Shown here piece by piece: positions 50,160 through 61,309 of a DNA stretch of 64,000 nt. The stretch covers positions 864,001 to 928,000 of the forward strand of contig CAWGHO010000001.1 of the NCBI GenBank assembly GCA_963822445.1, read 5' to 3'. The notes below the pieces were generated by a model that saw only the letters and a list, made by a program, of their open reading frames with translations, did not search any database and was not told the origin of the DNA. The stretch comes from an uncultured Acidobacteriota bacterium. Lineage in GTDB: Bacteria; Acidobacteriota; Thermoanaerobaculia; Gp7-AA8. The translations under genes were made by a program, and so were the position numbers. The stretch's first letter is position 1; every line of letters begins with the position of its first letter.

Positions 50160-50867
50160 ATGACAGTCACACCCGCAGTTCTCCAAGGAATCACCAAGAA
50201 ATACGGCGATGTCGAGGCCCTTCGCGGCATCGATCTCCAGATCCGCCCCGGTGAGCTCCTCGCCGTGCTCGGCGCAAACGGCGCCGGAAAAACAACCGCC
50301 GTGCGCATCCTCCTCGGCCTCACCGTCCCGACTTCCGGCACGGCTCGCGTCTTCGGCGGCAATCCCCGCGATCGCATCACTCGCGCACGCCTCGGCGCGG
50401 TTCTGCAGATCGCGCGCGTCCCCGAGACCCTCCGCGTGCGCGAGCACATCGACATGTTTTCCAGTTATTACCCGAACCCGATGCCGATGGCCGAGGTGAT
50501 CGAGGCCGCGGGGCTGAACGGGCTGGAGCGGCGCAAGTTCGGCGAGCTCTCCGGCGGCCAGCAGAAGCGCGTCCTCTTCGCCCTCGGCATCTGCGGCAAT
50601 CCCGATCTCCTCGTACTCGACGAGCCAACTGTCGGCCTCGACGTCGAGGCGCGCCGCGCGCTCTGGAAACAGATCCGCGCCTTCGTCGATCGCGGGCGAT
50701 CCGTCCTGCTGACCACGCACTACCTCGCCGAAGCGGAGGCTCTGGCGGATCGGGTGGTGGTGATCGACAAGGGAGTGGTGGTGCGCGAAGGAACGCCGCA
50801 CGACATCAAAGGCGACGCGGCGACACTCGAAGATGCGTTTCTGGAGATGGTGGCTATGGGTTGCTAG
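50160..50867 (+). CDS. ABC transporter ATP-binding protein
   Basis: GANGAGKTT, LSGGQ, LVLDEPT, TTHY. Confidence 0.95.
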   Translation: MTVTPAVLQGITKKYGDVEALRGIDLQIRPGELLAVLGANGAGKTTAVRILLGLTVPTSGTARVFGGNPRDRITRARLGAVLQIARVPETLRVREHIDMFSSYYPNPMPMAEVIEAAGLNGLERRKFGELSGGQQKRVLFALGICGNPDLLVLDEPTVGLDVEARRALWKQIRAFVDRGRSVLLTTHYLAEAEALADRVVVIDKGVVVREGTPHDIKGDAATLEDAFLEMVAMGC

Positions 50868-50966
50868 GTTCCTGAGTTGCTGGGTTGCTGAGTGCTCCGC
50901 TAACCATCGAGATCGCGGCTCTCGGCGCAGCACCCAGCAACTCAGCAACCTAGCAACCCAGCAACC
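50859..50966. repeat. inverted octamer tandem-repeat hairpin (4+4)
   Basis: GGTTGCTA GGTTCCTG AGTTGCTG GGTTGCTG AGTGCT ... AGCACC CAGCAACT CAGCAACC TAGCAACC CAGCAACC. Confidence 0.88.
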
Positions 50967-50981
50967 AAGGAGCGAAGCGCC

Positions 50982-51740
50982 ATGCTTAAGATCCACTTAC
51001 TCGAAATCAAATACGAATTCCTCAAGGCCTGGCGCATGCCCCAGTACTCGCTGCCCACGCTGCTCTTCCCTGTCTTCTTCTACATGTTCTTCGGCGTGGC
51101 GTTCGGGGGGCGGGCGGTCACCGGCTCGGTGAAGATGAGCGAGTACCTCATCGCGACGTACGGCACGTTCGGCGTGATCGGTGCGGCGCTGTTCGGGTTC
51201 GGCGTTTCCGTGGCGGTCGAGCGCGGGCAGGGATGGCTGGAGGCGAAGCGCACGACGCCGATGCCCATCAGCGCGTACTTCGTCGCGAAGATGGCACTGG
51301 CGGCGATTTTCAGCACGATCATCGTGCTCATGCTCTTCGCCATCGGCAGAATCATGGGCGGCGTGCAGATGCCCGTCGGAACCATGCTGGCGATGCTCGG
51401 CGTGCTCGTCGCCGGCTCGGTCACGTTCTGCGCGCTCGGTCTCGCGCTCGGGTTTCTCTGCGGACCGAACTCCGCGGCGCCGGTCGTCAACCTCATTTAT
51501 CTGCCGATGGGATTTCTGTCCGGCCTCTGGATCCCGATCGCCTTCCTCCCGCAAGCGATTCAGGAAGCGGCACTCTGGCTTCCGCCGTACCACTTCGCGC
51601 AACTCGCGCTGAAGGTCATCGGCGCGTCGCGCGGCGAATCGACGCTGCTGCATCTCGGCGCGATGACCGTGGCCACGGTGCTCTTCGCGACGATCGCTTA
51701 CGTTGGCTATCGGCGGGACGAAGGGAAGACGTACGGCTAA
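50982..51740 (+). CDS. ABC-2 type transporter permease
   Basis: Six TM segments, VAVERGQGW..TTPMP, FLSGLWIP, WLPPYH. Confidence 0.92.
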   Translation: MLKIHLLEIKYEFLKAWRMPQYSLPTLLFPVFFYMFFGVAFGGRAVTGSVKMSEYLIATYGTFGVIGAALFGFGVSVAVERGQGWLEAKRTTPMPISAYFVAKMALAAIFSTIIVLMLFAIGRIMGGVQMPVGTMLAMLGVLVAGSVTFCALGLALGFLCGPNSAAPVVNLIYLPMGFLSGLWIPIAFLPQAIQEAALWLPPYHFAQLALKVIGASRGESTLLHLGAMTVATVLFATIAYVGYRRDEGKTYG

Positions 51741-51752
51741 ACTGAGACATCC

Positions 51753-52850
51753 ATGAGACTCCTTCCGCGCGATGACAACCAGGGCTGGACGCCCTATGCC
51801 TGGCTGGTCTACATCCTCCCGTTTCTGCTGACGCCGACGTACTCCTCGCGCTACAACAATCCCGCGGGCTGGGCGATGTTCAGCGCGTTCACACTCGTGC
51901 TGTGCGCGCTGTACTTCCGCAGCTACTGGGTGACCGGCCGCGAGTTGATCCTCGTGGCCGCGGCGACCACCGCGCTCGGCATTGCAATCTGGCCGATCTC
52001 CTACGGCGGCGGTGCGATGTTCATTTATGCCGCGGGCATGATCGGGAACGACGACAAACCGCGCCGCGCCTGGATCTGCGTCGCGCTGATCGCCGTCATC
52101 GCCTTCATCGAAGCCTGGTACCTGAAGCGCGACTGGTTCAGCTCGAGCTGGCCGGTGGTCTTCACGATCCTGATCGGCGCAATCAACATCCACTACGCGC
52201 AGGTCGGCCGCGCGAACGCCCGTCTGCGCATGGCTCATGACGAAATCGAGCACCTGGCGAAAGTCGCCGAGCGCGAGCGCATCGCCCGAGACCTCCATGA
52301 CCTCCTCGGCCACACGCTTTCGCTGGTGATCATGAAATCCGAGCTGGCCGCGAAGCTGTCTGAGCGCGATCCGGCCCGGGCCCGCGAAGAGATTCGCGAC
52401 GTCGAGCGGATCTCGCGTGAAGCGCTCGCGGAAGTCCGCGCGGCAGTCGCGGGCTATCGCTCCGGCGGACTCGATGCGGAAGCGCAGCGCGCGCGCAATG
52501 CGCTCTCGTCTGCGGGCGTGGCTGTCGAATGCGATCTGGGCGTCGCGCACCTTCCGCCGGCGCAGGAAGCGGTGCTGGCCTTAGCCATGCGGGAAGCAGT
52601 CACGAACATCGTTCGTCACGCCCGCGCGAGCAAGTGCCGCATCACCATCGAAGCAACCGGCGACGTGTGCACGCTCACCGTGAGTGATGACGGTCGCGGC
52701 GGCAATTCGCCGTTCGGAAGCGGCCTGACCGGCATGCGCGAGCGCGTGGAAGTCCTCGGCGGCACGATGACCCGCGACGGTCGCCGCGGCACGACGCTGA
52801 CCGTGACCCTGCCGCTGAATACCGAGTCCCGCGCGGAGCGCTCGGCGTGA
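51753..52850 (+). CDS. sensor histidine kinase (DesK-like, HisKA_3)
   Basis: TM N-terminus, ERERIARDLHDLLGH, REAVTNIVRH, DDGRG, GSGLTGMRER. Confidence 0.93.
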   Translation: MRLLPRDDNQGWTPYAWLVYILPFLLTPTYSSRYNNPAGWAMFSAFTLVLCALYFRSYWVTGRELILVAAATTALGIAIWPISYGGGAMFIYAAGMIGNDDKPRRAWICVALIAVIAFIEAWYLKRDWFSSSWPVVFTILIGAINIHYAQVGRANARLRMAHDEIEHLAKVAERERIARDLHDLLGHTLSLVIMKSELAAKLSERDPARAREEIRDVERISREALAEVRAAVAGYRSGGLDAEAQRARNALSSAGVAVECDLGVAHLPPAQEAVLALAMREAVTNIVRHARASKCRITIEATGDVCTLTVSDDGRGGNSPFGSGLTGMRERVEVLGGTMTRDGRRGTTLTVTLPLNTESRAERSA

Positions 52851-53449
52851 TCCGCGTCGTCATCGCCGAAGATCAGGCCATGGTCCTCGGCGCACTCGCG
52901 GCTCTGCTGGAGACCGCGGGAGACATCGAAGTCGTCGGACGCGCACATGACGGCGAGGATGCGCTGGTGCTCTGTCGCGACAAACGTCCCGACGTGCTGC
53001 TCACCGACATCGAAATGCCGCGCATGACCGGACTCGAGCTCGCCGCCGCCGTGAAACGCGAAGCCCTGCCGACGCGCGTGATCATCCTGACCACGTTCGC
53101 GCGCGGCGGGTATCTGCGGCGTGCGCTGGAAACCGGCGCGTCCGGATATCTGCTCAAAGACTCGCCGGCGGATCAGCTGGCGAATGCGGTTCGCCGAGTG
53201 AAAGCGGGCGGCCGCGTCGTCGATCCGGAGCTCGCCGCGGAAGCGTGGAGCGAGCCCGATCCGCTCACCGATCGCGAACGCCAGGTTCTGCGCATGGCCG
53301 GCGAGGGGCAGACCAGCGCGGACATCGCGTCAACGCTTCATCTCTCGGAAGGAACCGTGCGGAATTACCTGTCCGAGGCGATCAGCAAGCTGGGGGCGGG
53401 AAACAGGGTCGAGGCCGCGCGGATCGCTAGGGAGAAAGGCTGGCTCTGA
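52847..53449 (+). CDS. response regulator (DesR/NarL family)
   Basis: VIAEDQ, TDIEMP, GYLLKD, LTDRERQVL..LSEGTVRNY HTH. Confidence 0.95.
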   Translation: MIRVVIAEDQAMVLGALAALLETAGDIEVVGRAHDGEDALVLCRDKRPDVLLTDIEMPRMTGLELAAAVKREALPTRVIILTTFARGGYLRRALETGASGYLLKDSPADQLANAVRRVKAGGRVVDPELAAEAWSEPDPLTDRERQVLRMAGEGQTSADIASTLHLSEGTVRNYLSEAISKLGAGNRVEAARIAREKGWL

Positions 53450-54704
53450 GCTCCGCGCGCACGCGCTTGCCCGTGCGCGTTTTCTCGCAGGTGAACGCGT
53501 CCTTGTGCGCGACGAACGCGACGTAGTCCGTCGTGGCCACGCGATACGTGCGGGATGGATCGACAGGACCGCTGACGTACATCTCGTCGTCGATTGCTCG
53601 CTGCAGCAGCGCACCACTCATCTCGCAGACCACGATCTCGTTGTCGTATGGCATTGAGGCGCGGAGCGACTCGAGACTGATCGTGCCGGCCGGTAACGGC
53701 CCGCGAAAGCTGCTGTGCGTGGAGAGCGCGATGTCGGCGTTCGTGGCCGCCCGCATCACTTCGAGCGTGCGCATCGCCAAAGCACGAACGCTGATCGGCT
53801 CTTTTAGTTGGGCGATCGGTGCAAAGAGGTCGGCGTACACGGGATCCTGCTCGAGCTCGCGCTGCATTCCCTTCACTCGACTGGCAATCCTGCGATCCTC
53901 GCGCAACCGCGAATCGACCGGCACGAGCGTGCCTGCTACCTTCGCGACCCGTCCGTCATCGAGGGTCAGGACAACCCGGCTGATGTACGCCAGGTACTGC
54001 GAAGGGGAAATGAACGAGGTCGTCGTTCCGGGAATCAGGGTGAGCTCGCGCTTCAGATGGCTGTGCGAGCCGAAGATCACGTCGATGCCGGGAACAGCAC
54101 GGGCGAGCGCGTAATCGGCTTCCGTCTCCTCATGGCCGATCATCACCACCGCGTCGACGCGCTCTTTGTCGCGCAACGCTGCAACCACCTCGCGTGCGGC
54201 CGCAATCGAATCGCTGAACTTCAATTCGGGCAGTTTGACCAGTTGCGGGAAATCAGGGCCGGACAGGGCGAAGACGCCGATGCGCGCGCCTTTCGCCTTC
54301 AGAACGACGTAACGCGGGAAGGCGGTGGTGTTCGCGCTGAGAATCGGATAGCGAACCGACCGGCGGCATCGCTCGAACTGCTCCCAGCCGTAATCGGCGT
54401 CGTGATTGCCGAAGGCCATGGCGTCGACGATGCCGTTCCACCACGCCCATTCCGCGCAACCGTACTTGTCCGACCAGGCCGGCGCGCCTTTGTTGATCGT
54501 GTCGCCGCCGCTGAAGACCAGCGCGCCGCGGCGCTTCTCCGCGCGAAGATACCCGACGGCCCGCGCGATGCCGCCCAACTCCCCTTCCTCGGTGTAGAAC
54601 GGCAGTGCGTGGGAGTGGTAGTCGGAGAAATGCAGCAGCGTGACGTTCGTCTCCGCGGCCGCGGGAAAAGCGAAACAGAAAACGAAAAGGAGAAGCCTGC
54701 ACAT
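53427..54704 (-). CDS. secreted 5'-nucleotidase/UDP-sugar hydrolase-like metallophosphoesterase
   Basis: Signal peptide; HFSDYHSH, SGGD, FGNHD, IFGSHSH, MPYDNEIV, YRVATTDY. Confidence 0.88.
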   Translation of the reverse strand: MCRLLLFVFCFAFPAAAETNVTLLHFSDYHSHALPFYTEEGELGGIARAVGYLRAEKRRGALVFSGGDTINKGAPAWSDKYGCAEWAWWNGIVDAMAFGNHDADYGWEQFERCRRSVRYPILSANTTAFPRYVVLKAKGARIGVFALSGPDFPQLVKLPELKFSDSIAAAREVVAALRDKERVDAVVMIGHEETEADYALARAVPGIDVIFGSHSHLKRELTLIPGTTTSFISPSQYLAYISRVVLTLDDGRVAKVAGTLVPVDSRLREDRRIASRVKGMQRELEQDPVYADLFAPIAQLKEPISVRALAMRTLEVMRAATNADIALSTHSSFRGPLPAGTISLESLRASMPYDNEIVVCEMSGALLQRAIDDEMYVSGPVDPSRTYRVATTDYVAFVAHKDAFTCEKTRTGKRVRAELRASLSP

Positions 54705-54728
54705 CGCGCGCGAGTGTATCGTTTGGAA

Positions 54729-55139
54729 ATGAAACAGCCGAAGGCGAAAAGCTCCCCGCCCGTTGACGCTTCCAAACTCATCGACGAGCGGATCCGCGAC
54801 CTGGGCGGATGGCGCGGCGAGACCCTGGCTCGGATGCGCAAGCTGATTCTCGAAGCCGACCCGGAGATGACCGAAGAGTGGAAGTGGAGCAATCCGGTCT
54901 GGTCGCATCACGGCATTGTCTGCACCGGCGAGGCGTACACGAAGGTCGTGAAGCTCACCTTCGCCCGTGGGGCGGACGTCCCGGATCCATCAGGCCTTTT
55001 CAATTCCAGCCTGGAAGGCAACACGCGAAGGGCGATCGACATCGGCGAAGGCGAAAAAGTCGACGCGCGTGCCTTCAAGGCGCTGATCAAGGCCGCGGTG
55101 GCCAACAATGCCGCGCCGTCGAAACCCAAAGCACGATGA
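54729..55139 (+). CDS. DUF1801 domain protein
   Basis: WRGETLARMRKLILEADP..EEWKW..PVWSH..LFNSSLEGNTRRAID. Confidence 0.85.
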   Translation: MKQPKAKSSPPVDASKLIDERIRDLGGWRGETLARMRKLILEADPEMTEEWKWSNPVWSHHGIVCTGEAYTKVVKLTFARGADVPDPSGLFNSSLEGNTRRAIDIGEGEKVDARAFKALIKAAVANNAAPSKPKAR

Positions 55140-55561
55140 AACCCCGAAAAAGTGCAAAGCGCCCCGTTCTCCTGTCGGGCGGCAACCCGCAGATCGCCAA
55201 GGCGGAGGGCGATGCACCGGTGAAGGCGTACATCGCCGCGATGCCGGACTGGAAGCGCGCCATGGGCAAACGCCTCGACGCGCTCATCGTTCGGAACGTG
55301 CCCAACGTGACCAAGGCCGTGAAATGGAACTCGCCGATGTACGGCATCGAAGGCCAGGGGTATTTCGTGTCGTTCCACACCTTCACGAACTACGTAAAAG
55401 TCACCTTCTTCCGCGGTACGTCCCTGAACCCCGTTCCGCCCGGAGGTAAGACCGAAGCGCGCTGGATCAACGTTCACGAGGACGATCTCGACGAAAAGCA
55501 GATGGCCGCATGGATAAAGCAGGCCGCCGCGATACCCGGTTGGATTCCCGGGCAGCCCTGA
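55136..55561 (+). CDS. DUF1801 domain protein
   Basis: LLSGGNPQIAKAEGDAPV.AYIAAMPDWK..KAVKWNSP; ATGA overlap. Confidence 0.85.
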   Translation: MKPRKSAKRPVLLSGGNPQIAKAEGDAPVKAYIAAMPDWKRAMGKRLDALIVRNVPNVTKAVKWNSPMYGIEGQGYFVSFHTFTNYVKVTFFRGTSLNPVPPGGKTEARWINVHEDDLDEKQMAAWIKQAAAIPGWIPGQP

Positions 55562-55564
55562 GAA

Positions 55565-56332
55565 CTACGGCTGCAACGCCAGGTTCTCGCTGCCGGCAGC
55601 GGTAATCACTACGCGTTTCACTGAGGGCAACTGCGTCAGCGTTTCCGTCACAGCCGCACGAATCATCTGCACGGCGCACGAGCCTCCGACATTCTGCAGA
55701 CGCTCGTTGAAATCGACAGTCAGCACGCCGTCGCGCAGATTGACCGATCGCACCGCCGAGCCTTTGGGGAAAACGGGATGCTCCATCACCGCTTCCACGA
55801 GCAAGCGGGCCATGGCGATGCTTTTCGGGACGCGCCGCTTTGCGGTCACCAGACCCGTGCAATCGGCGTTCGGCAGGCGGAGCGAAATCTCGACGAGCTC
55901 CACATTGAATGCCTTCTCCACGCGGACCAGCGAGCGCTCCGAACCGTCTTTGGCCGAATACTCGAGCGCTTCGACCGTCATGCGCCGGCCGGGATCGTTG
56001 GTAAGCCAGATTTCTGCGCGATAAGGATTGTGCTGGCCCATCTCCCCGTCCGAAGTGGTGAACGTCTCTTTCATCAGCTTGCCGCTCGCATCGCGCACGC
56101 GCAGGATGACGTTGTTCTCGAACGTGCGAGCGCGTCCGGCAATCACGACCGGATTCGCGGCGTCGACGCTCTCAATGGTGATCTCGGGACGCACCGCAGG
56201 CTCGGACGGCTGAACCGGCTTGCCCGGCGATTCCGCGGTTTCGACCGGGGCCGCTGGAGCGGTCGTTTCGGAAACCGGCGGCGCGGGTTTACAGGATATC
56301 AGCATGATGAGAGCGACGACGTAAAACCGCAC
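55565..56332 (-). CDS. lipoprotein with Gmad2 Ig-like and GerMN domains
   Basis: GGAGG RBS, lipobox LISC; GRARTFENNV, YSAKDGS; LTVDFN..GGSC..TLTQLPSVKRV. Confidence 0.82.
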   Translation of the reverse strand: MRFYVVALIMLISCKPAPPVSETTAPAAPVETAESPGKPVQPSEPAVRPEITIESVDAANPVVIAGRARTFENNVILRVRDASGKLMKETFTTSDGEMGQHNPYRAEIWLTNDPGRRMTVEALEYSAKDGSERSLVRVEKAFNVELVEISLRLPNADCTGLVTAKRRVPKSIAMARLLVEAVMEHPVFPKGSAVRSVNLRDGVLTVDFNERLQNVGGSCAVQMIRAAVTETLTQLPSVKRVVITAAGSENLALQP

Positions 56333-56357
56333 CTTGTTATCCTCCCTCACGGTCGTC

Positions 56358-56807
56358 ATGGAAAGTATCACTGTCGAGACCCTCATCGACGCGCCGATCG
56401 AGCGCTGTTTCGATTTCGCGCGCGACCTCGATCTGCACACGAAGTCACTGGCGTACACGAATGAGGTCGCGATCGCGGGCAGGACTACTGGCTTGATCGA
56501 GCTTGATGAGGAAGTCACCTGGCGAGGCCGCCACCTCGGAGTGACACAGGAATTCACGTCGCGCATCACCGCCTTCGATCGCCCTCGTCATTTCCAGGAC
56601 TCAATGCAACGTGGAGCATTCCGTTCATTCGTGCATGATCATTTCTTCACGCATGAAGGCGCTCGCACGAAGATGGTGGATGTCCTGGTGTTCTCCGCGC
56701 CGCTTGGCCTGCTGGGCGTGATCGCGGAGAAGCTCGTACTACGCCGGTATCTGCGACGTCTCCTGCAGGCGCGAGCACGGACCATCCGCGACGCCGCGGA
56801 AGCCTGA
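56358..56807 (+). CDS. SRPBCC (polyketide cyclase-like) family protein
   Basis: IDAPIERCFDFARDLDLH, EEVTWRGRHLG, FQDSMQRGAF..FVHDHFF. Confidence 0.85.
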   Translation: MESITVETLIDAPIERCFDFARDLDLHTKSLAYTNEVAIAGRTTGLIELDEEVTWRGRHLGVTQEFTSRITAFDRPRHFQDSMQRGAFRSFVHDHFFTHEGARTKMVDVLVFSAPLGLLGVIAEKLVLRRYLRRLLQARARTIRDAAEA

Positions 56808-56812
56808 AAAAC

Positions 56813-56841
56813 AAAAAGGCGCACCGGAGTGCGCCCTTTTT
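56813..56841. terminator. bidirectional rho-independent terminator
   Basis: AAAAAGGCGCAC-cgga-GTGCGCCCTTTTT between convergent genes. Confidence 0.85.
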
Positions 56842-56861
56842 CGTGAAGCTCGATTGACGCG

Positions 56862-57434
56862 TTACTTCTTGAGCGAATCCTGCATTTCCTTGATCGCGGC
56901 CTCGCGTCCCTTTTCCTTCGCGATCTTCGCGAACGCGGGACGGCGGCCGGCGGCGAACTGGCGAACGAGCGCCAGGTAACGGCCCTGAAGCTGGCGCGAC
57001 GCCAACTGCTCCGGCGTAATGTTGCTGCGGCGACGGCGCTTTGCACCACCCTTTGCCGGGGCAGCGGCAGTGGACGCGCTGGCACTGGCCGGCGGACGGC
57101 CAGGTCCACGCTTTCCGGGCGGACGGCCCGGACCACGCTTCGCACCCGTTCCCGGCGGACGGCCCGGGCCACGGCGGCGGCGACGGCGCGCGACCGCGGC
57201 ACCTGCAATACCCGCGGCAATACCGGCCACCGCGGCGGCAGCCGGACCAGCCGCTTCGCGCAGACGCGCAAGCCGCTGCTCGAGCTGACTGATCTCCAGG
57301 CTCATTTCGCTCACATACCGATTGATCTCACCCGCGGAAATCCGGCGCTCCTTCACCAGGCGATCCAACACATAGGCCGCCTGGCCTGAGCTGAGCGAGG
57401 AACCTTCACCCGCATTCTTTCTTGGTCTGGCCAT
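56862..57434 (-). CDS. highly basic hypothetical protein with coiled coil and three GPGRPP repeats
   Basis: AAGGAGGA RBS 6 nt before ATG 57434; own terminator; Arg/Lys rich. Confidence 0.8.
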   Translation of the reverse strand: MARPRKNAGEGSSLSSGQAAYVLDRLVKERRISAGEINRYVSEMSLEISQLEQRLARLREAAGPAAAAVAGIAAGIAGAAVARRRRRRGPGRPPGTGAKRGPGRPPGKRGPGRPPASASASTAAAPAKGGAKRRRRSNITPEQLASRQLQGRYLALVRQFAAGRRPAFAKIAKEKGREAAIKEMQDSLKK

Positions 57435-57507
57435 AAACACTCCTCCTTACGAGACACTCATGCACAAAGTCTTGAGCAATATATGCGCAATGTCAACTCT
57501 ATGAACG

Positions 57508-57536
57508 AAAAAAGGCGGGCCTTGTGGCCCGCCTTT
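57508..57536 (-). terminator. rho-independent terminator of ahcY
   Basis: Minus strand AAAGGCGGGCC-acaa-GGCCCGCCTTTTTT. Confidence 0.85.
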
Positions 57537-57559
57537 CGCGAAAAACACAGTAATTGATC

Positions 57560-59064
<1,505 letters not shown>

Positions 59065-59084
59065 TGATCCTTACTCCTTGGTTA

Positions 59085-59140
59085 GTCGCTTGTCCCGGCG
59101 CCTGGCGGGAGTTTCCGAGCACGGCGCCCGGGGGAAGGAG
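59085..59140 (-). promoter_or_regulatory. structured 5' leader of ahcY, possible SAH-riboswitch variant
   Basis: CCCGGGCGCC..TGC..CCCGCCAGGCGCCGGG downstream of TAAAAT (59147-59152); GCCAGGC resembles the SAH motif core. Confidence 0.3.
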
Positions 59141-59213
59141 AGGGGCATTTTAGCCGAAAGGCCAGTCGCCACCGTGTAGAATCGCGGCACCCGGTCCAAA
59201 GGAAGAGGCCCAA

Positions 59214-60271
59214 ATGTTCGAAAGTACGCGCCAGGGGACACCGCGCTTCAAGGCGCGGTTTCCCGTTCAAGGTTCCGTCCTTCTCATTCCGCGGAGGCGG
59301 CATCGCTCTGCCTCGCTGTTCAAGATCCTGCTCGTCCTGTCGCCCTTCTTTTCCTGCGCGCGTGCGTGATCACGTACGTCGCCCCCGATCAGATCGGCAT
59401 GCGGCAGGTCTCGTTCGGACCCGAACAAGGGCCTGCAGAAGAACCTCGTTCGCGCCGGATACCGCCGGCAGCTGCCGGTTACGAGACGTCCGCACGTTCC
59501 CGCGCGACATCCAGGTCGTCGAGTTCACGAGCAATGCGGCCGAGGGCGGCGGCGATCACCGCACGGTCGGCGCGATCAATGTGCCGACCGTCGACGGATA
59601 TCCGGTCGCCGTCGACGTGACGGTGCATGTACCGCATCGCCGATCCCTTCCTGGTCGTCTCGCAATTCGGCTTCGGCCGCGCCTATCGAGGACAACGTCG
59701 TCATCCGCTTCACCGATCCCACCGTCAAGCAGCACCTCGGCGAGCTTCGCGCCGAGGAGTTCTACGGCGACCGGCGCCTGCTCAAGGCGCGCGAGACTGA
59801 AGCGCGAGCTCTCCACGCGGTTCAAGGAAAACGGAATCCAGCTCGCCGACGTCCTGATCCGCCAGTACGACTATCCCGACGACCTTTCAGTCAGCTCACC
59901 GAGCAGAAGAAGATTCAGGACCAGTCGGTGCTCACCAATCGCGCACTGGCCAAACAGGCCGAGGTCGAAACGCGTCTCCGTCAGGCCGCGGCGCAGGGCG
60001 AGAATCTGATCAACAGTCAAAACCGCCGAGTTCCAGGCGCAGATCACCGACCTGAACGCCCAACGCGACCTGTACGAGCGGACGCAGACACGCCGAGGCC
60101 GACCTGCTGGTGCGCAAAGCCGAATCGCAGGGCACGGAGATGACCAATCGGGCGATGGAAGGCGCGGGCTCCGACAAGTTGCTCCGCCTTCGCAAAGGTC
60201 TGGCGCTGCTGAACGGAATCAAGGGCCCGATTTACATCAGCGAAGATCCGACCGACATCGGCCGGCAATAG
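59214..60271 (+). CDS. SPFH (band 7/prohibitin) domain protein (multiple frameshifts)
   Basis: ITYVAPDQIGMRQV, INVPTVDGYPVAVDVTV, GELRAEEFY, NGIQLADVLIRQYDY, Ala/Glu coiled coil; ends DPTDIGRQ*. Confidence 0.78.
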
Positions 60272-60279
60272 GCGACGCC

Positions 60280-61309
60280 ATGAGAAAAACCATCGATTGC
60301 TCTCGCCGATCGCCGCGCTGCTCTGAGCCTCAGCGCGTGCACTCCGCACACGACCGAGGCCACCGAGGTGGGCGTCAAGTTCAACAAGATCACCCGGTCG
60401 ACGGAAGTGGCGCTCGCCGGGCGCAACGTACTTCTTCATGCCCATCGTCAACGACTGGGCGAAGTTCGACGTCTCGACGCAGAACCTGATGATGTCGGCG
60501 AAGGTCTCCAAAGGCGAGCGTCGCGAAAAAGACGACCTGCGCTTCAAGACGCGGGACGGAAACGACATCGAGACCGACGTGAACGTGCGCTGGCGGATCG
60601 ATCCCTCGAAGAGCGCGCAGATCTGGCAGACCGTGGCTCCGACGACGTGACGCGATCAAAGAGCGCCTGGTGCGGCCGCAGGCCCGCGCGTATGTGCGCG
60701 ACGTCCTCAATCGGCTCGATTCCGAGGAGTTCTACAACCCCGACCTGCGTTTCCGCGCGGCAACCGACGCCACGAATCTGGTCGCCGCGCATCTCAAGCC
60801 GTATGGCATCATCGTCGAGCAGGTCATCCTCGGCGATTTCGCGTTCAAGCCCGATTACCAGAACCTCATCAACAAGCGGAAAGAGGCCGAGAAACAGGCC
60901 GAAAAACTGGAAGCGCGAGATCATGGCCACCCAGGAAGCGAATCAGGCCAACCTGCAGCAGAAGGTCTCCGAGCTCACCGAACAGCTCACGCGCGCGGAA
61001 GGCGAACTGGAAACGGCCAAGCGGACCGCCGACGCTTACGTCGTGCAGAAGGAACAGGAAGCGCAGGCATTGATCGCGGAGTACAGCGCGTACGCGGAAG
61101 GCATGCGCAAAGAGCGCGCGGCGCTCGTCGGCAGCGCTGGCGACGCGTATGTGAGTCTGCAGCTCATCGAGGCTCTGCAGAAGAAAGAGATCCGCCAGAT
61201 TCCGAAGCTGCCCACCGGCGGCAACATGATCATCGACGGCAACAAGCTTCTGCAGCAGTTGGGCGTCTTCAACTACGCAACCCAGGCCGCGAAACCGCCC
61301 GAACAATGA
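60280..61309 (+). CDS. second SPFH domain protein, possibly lipidated (multiple frameshifts)
   Basis: LSAC, EVGVKFNK, LRFKTRDGNDIETDVNVRWRID, LDSEEFY, YGIIVEQVILGDF, long coiled coil. Confidence 0.8.
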
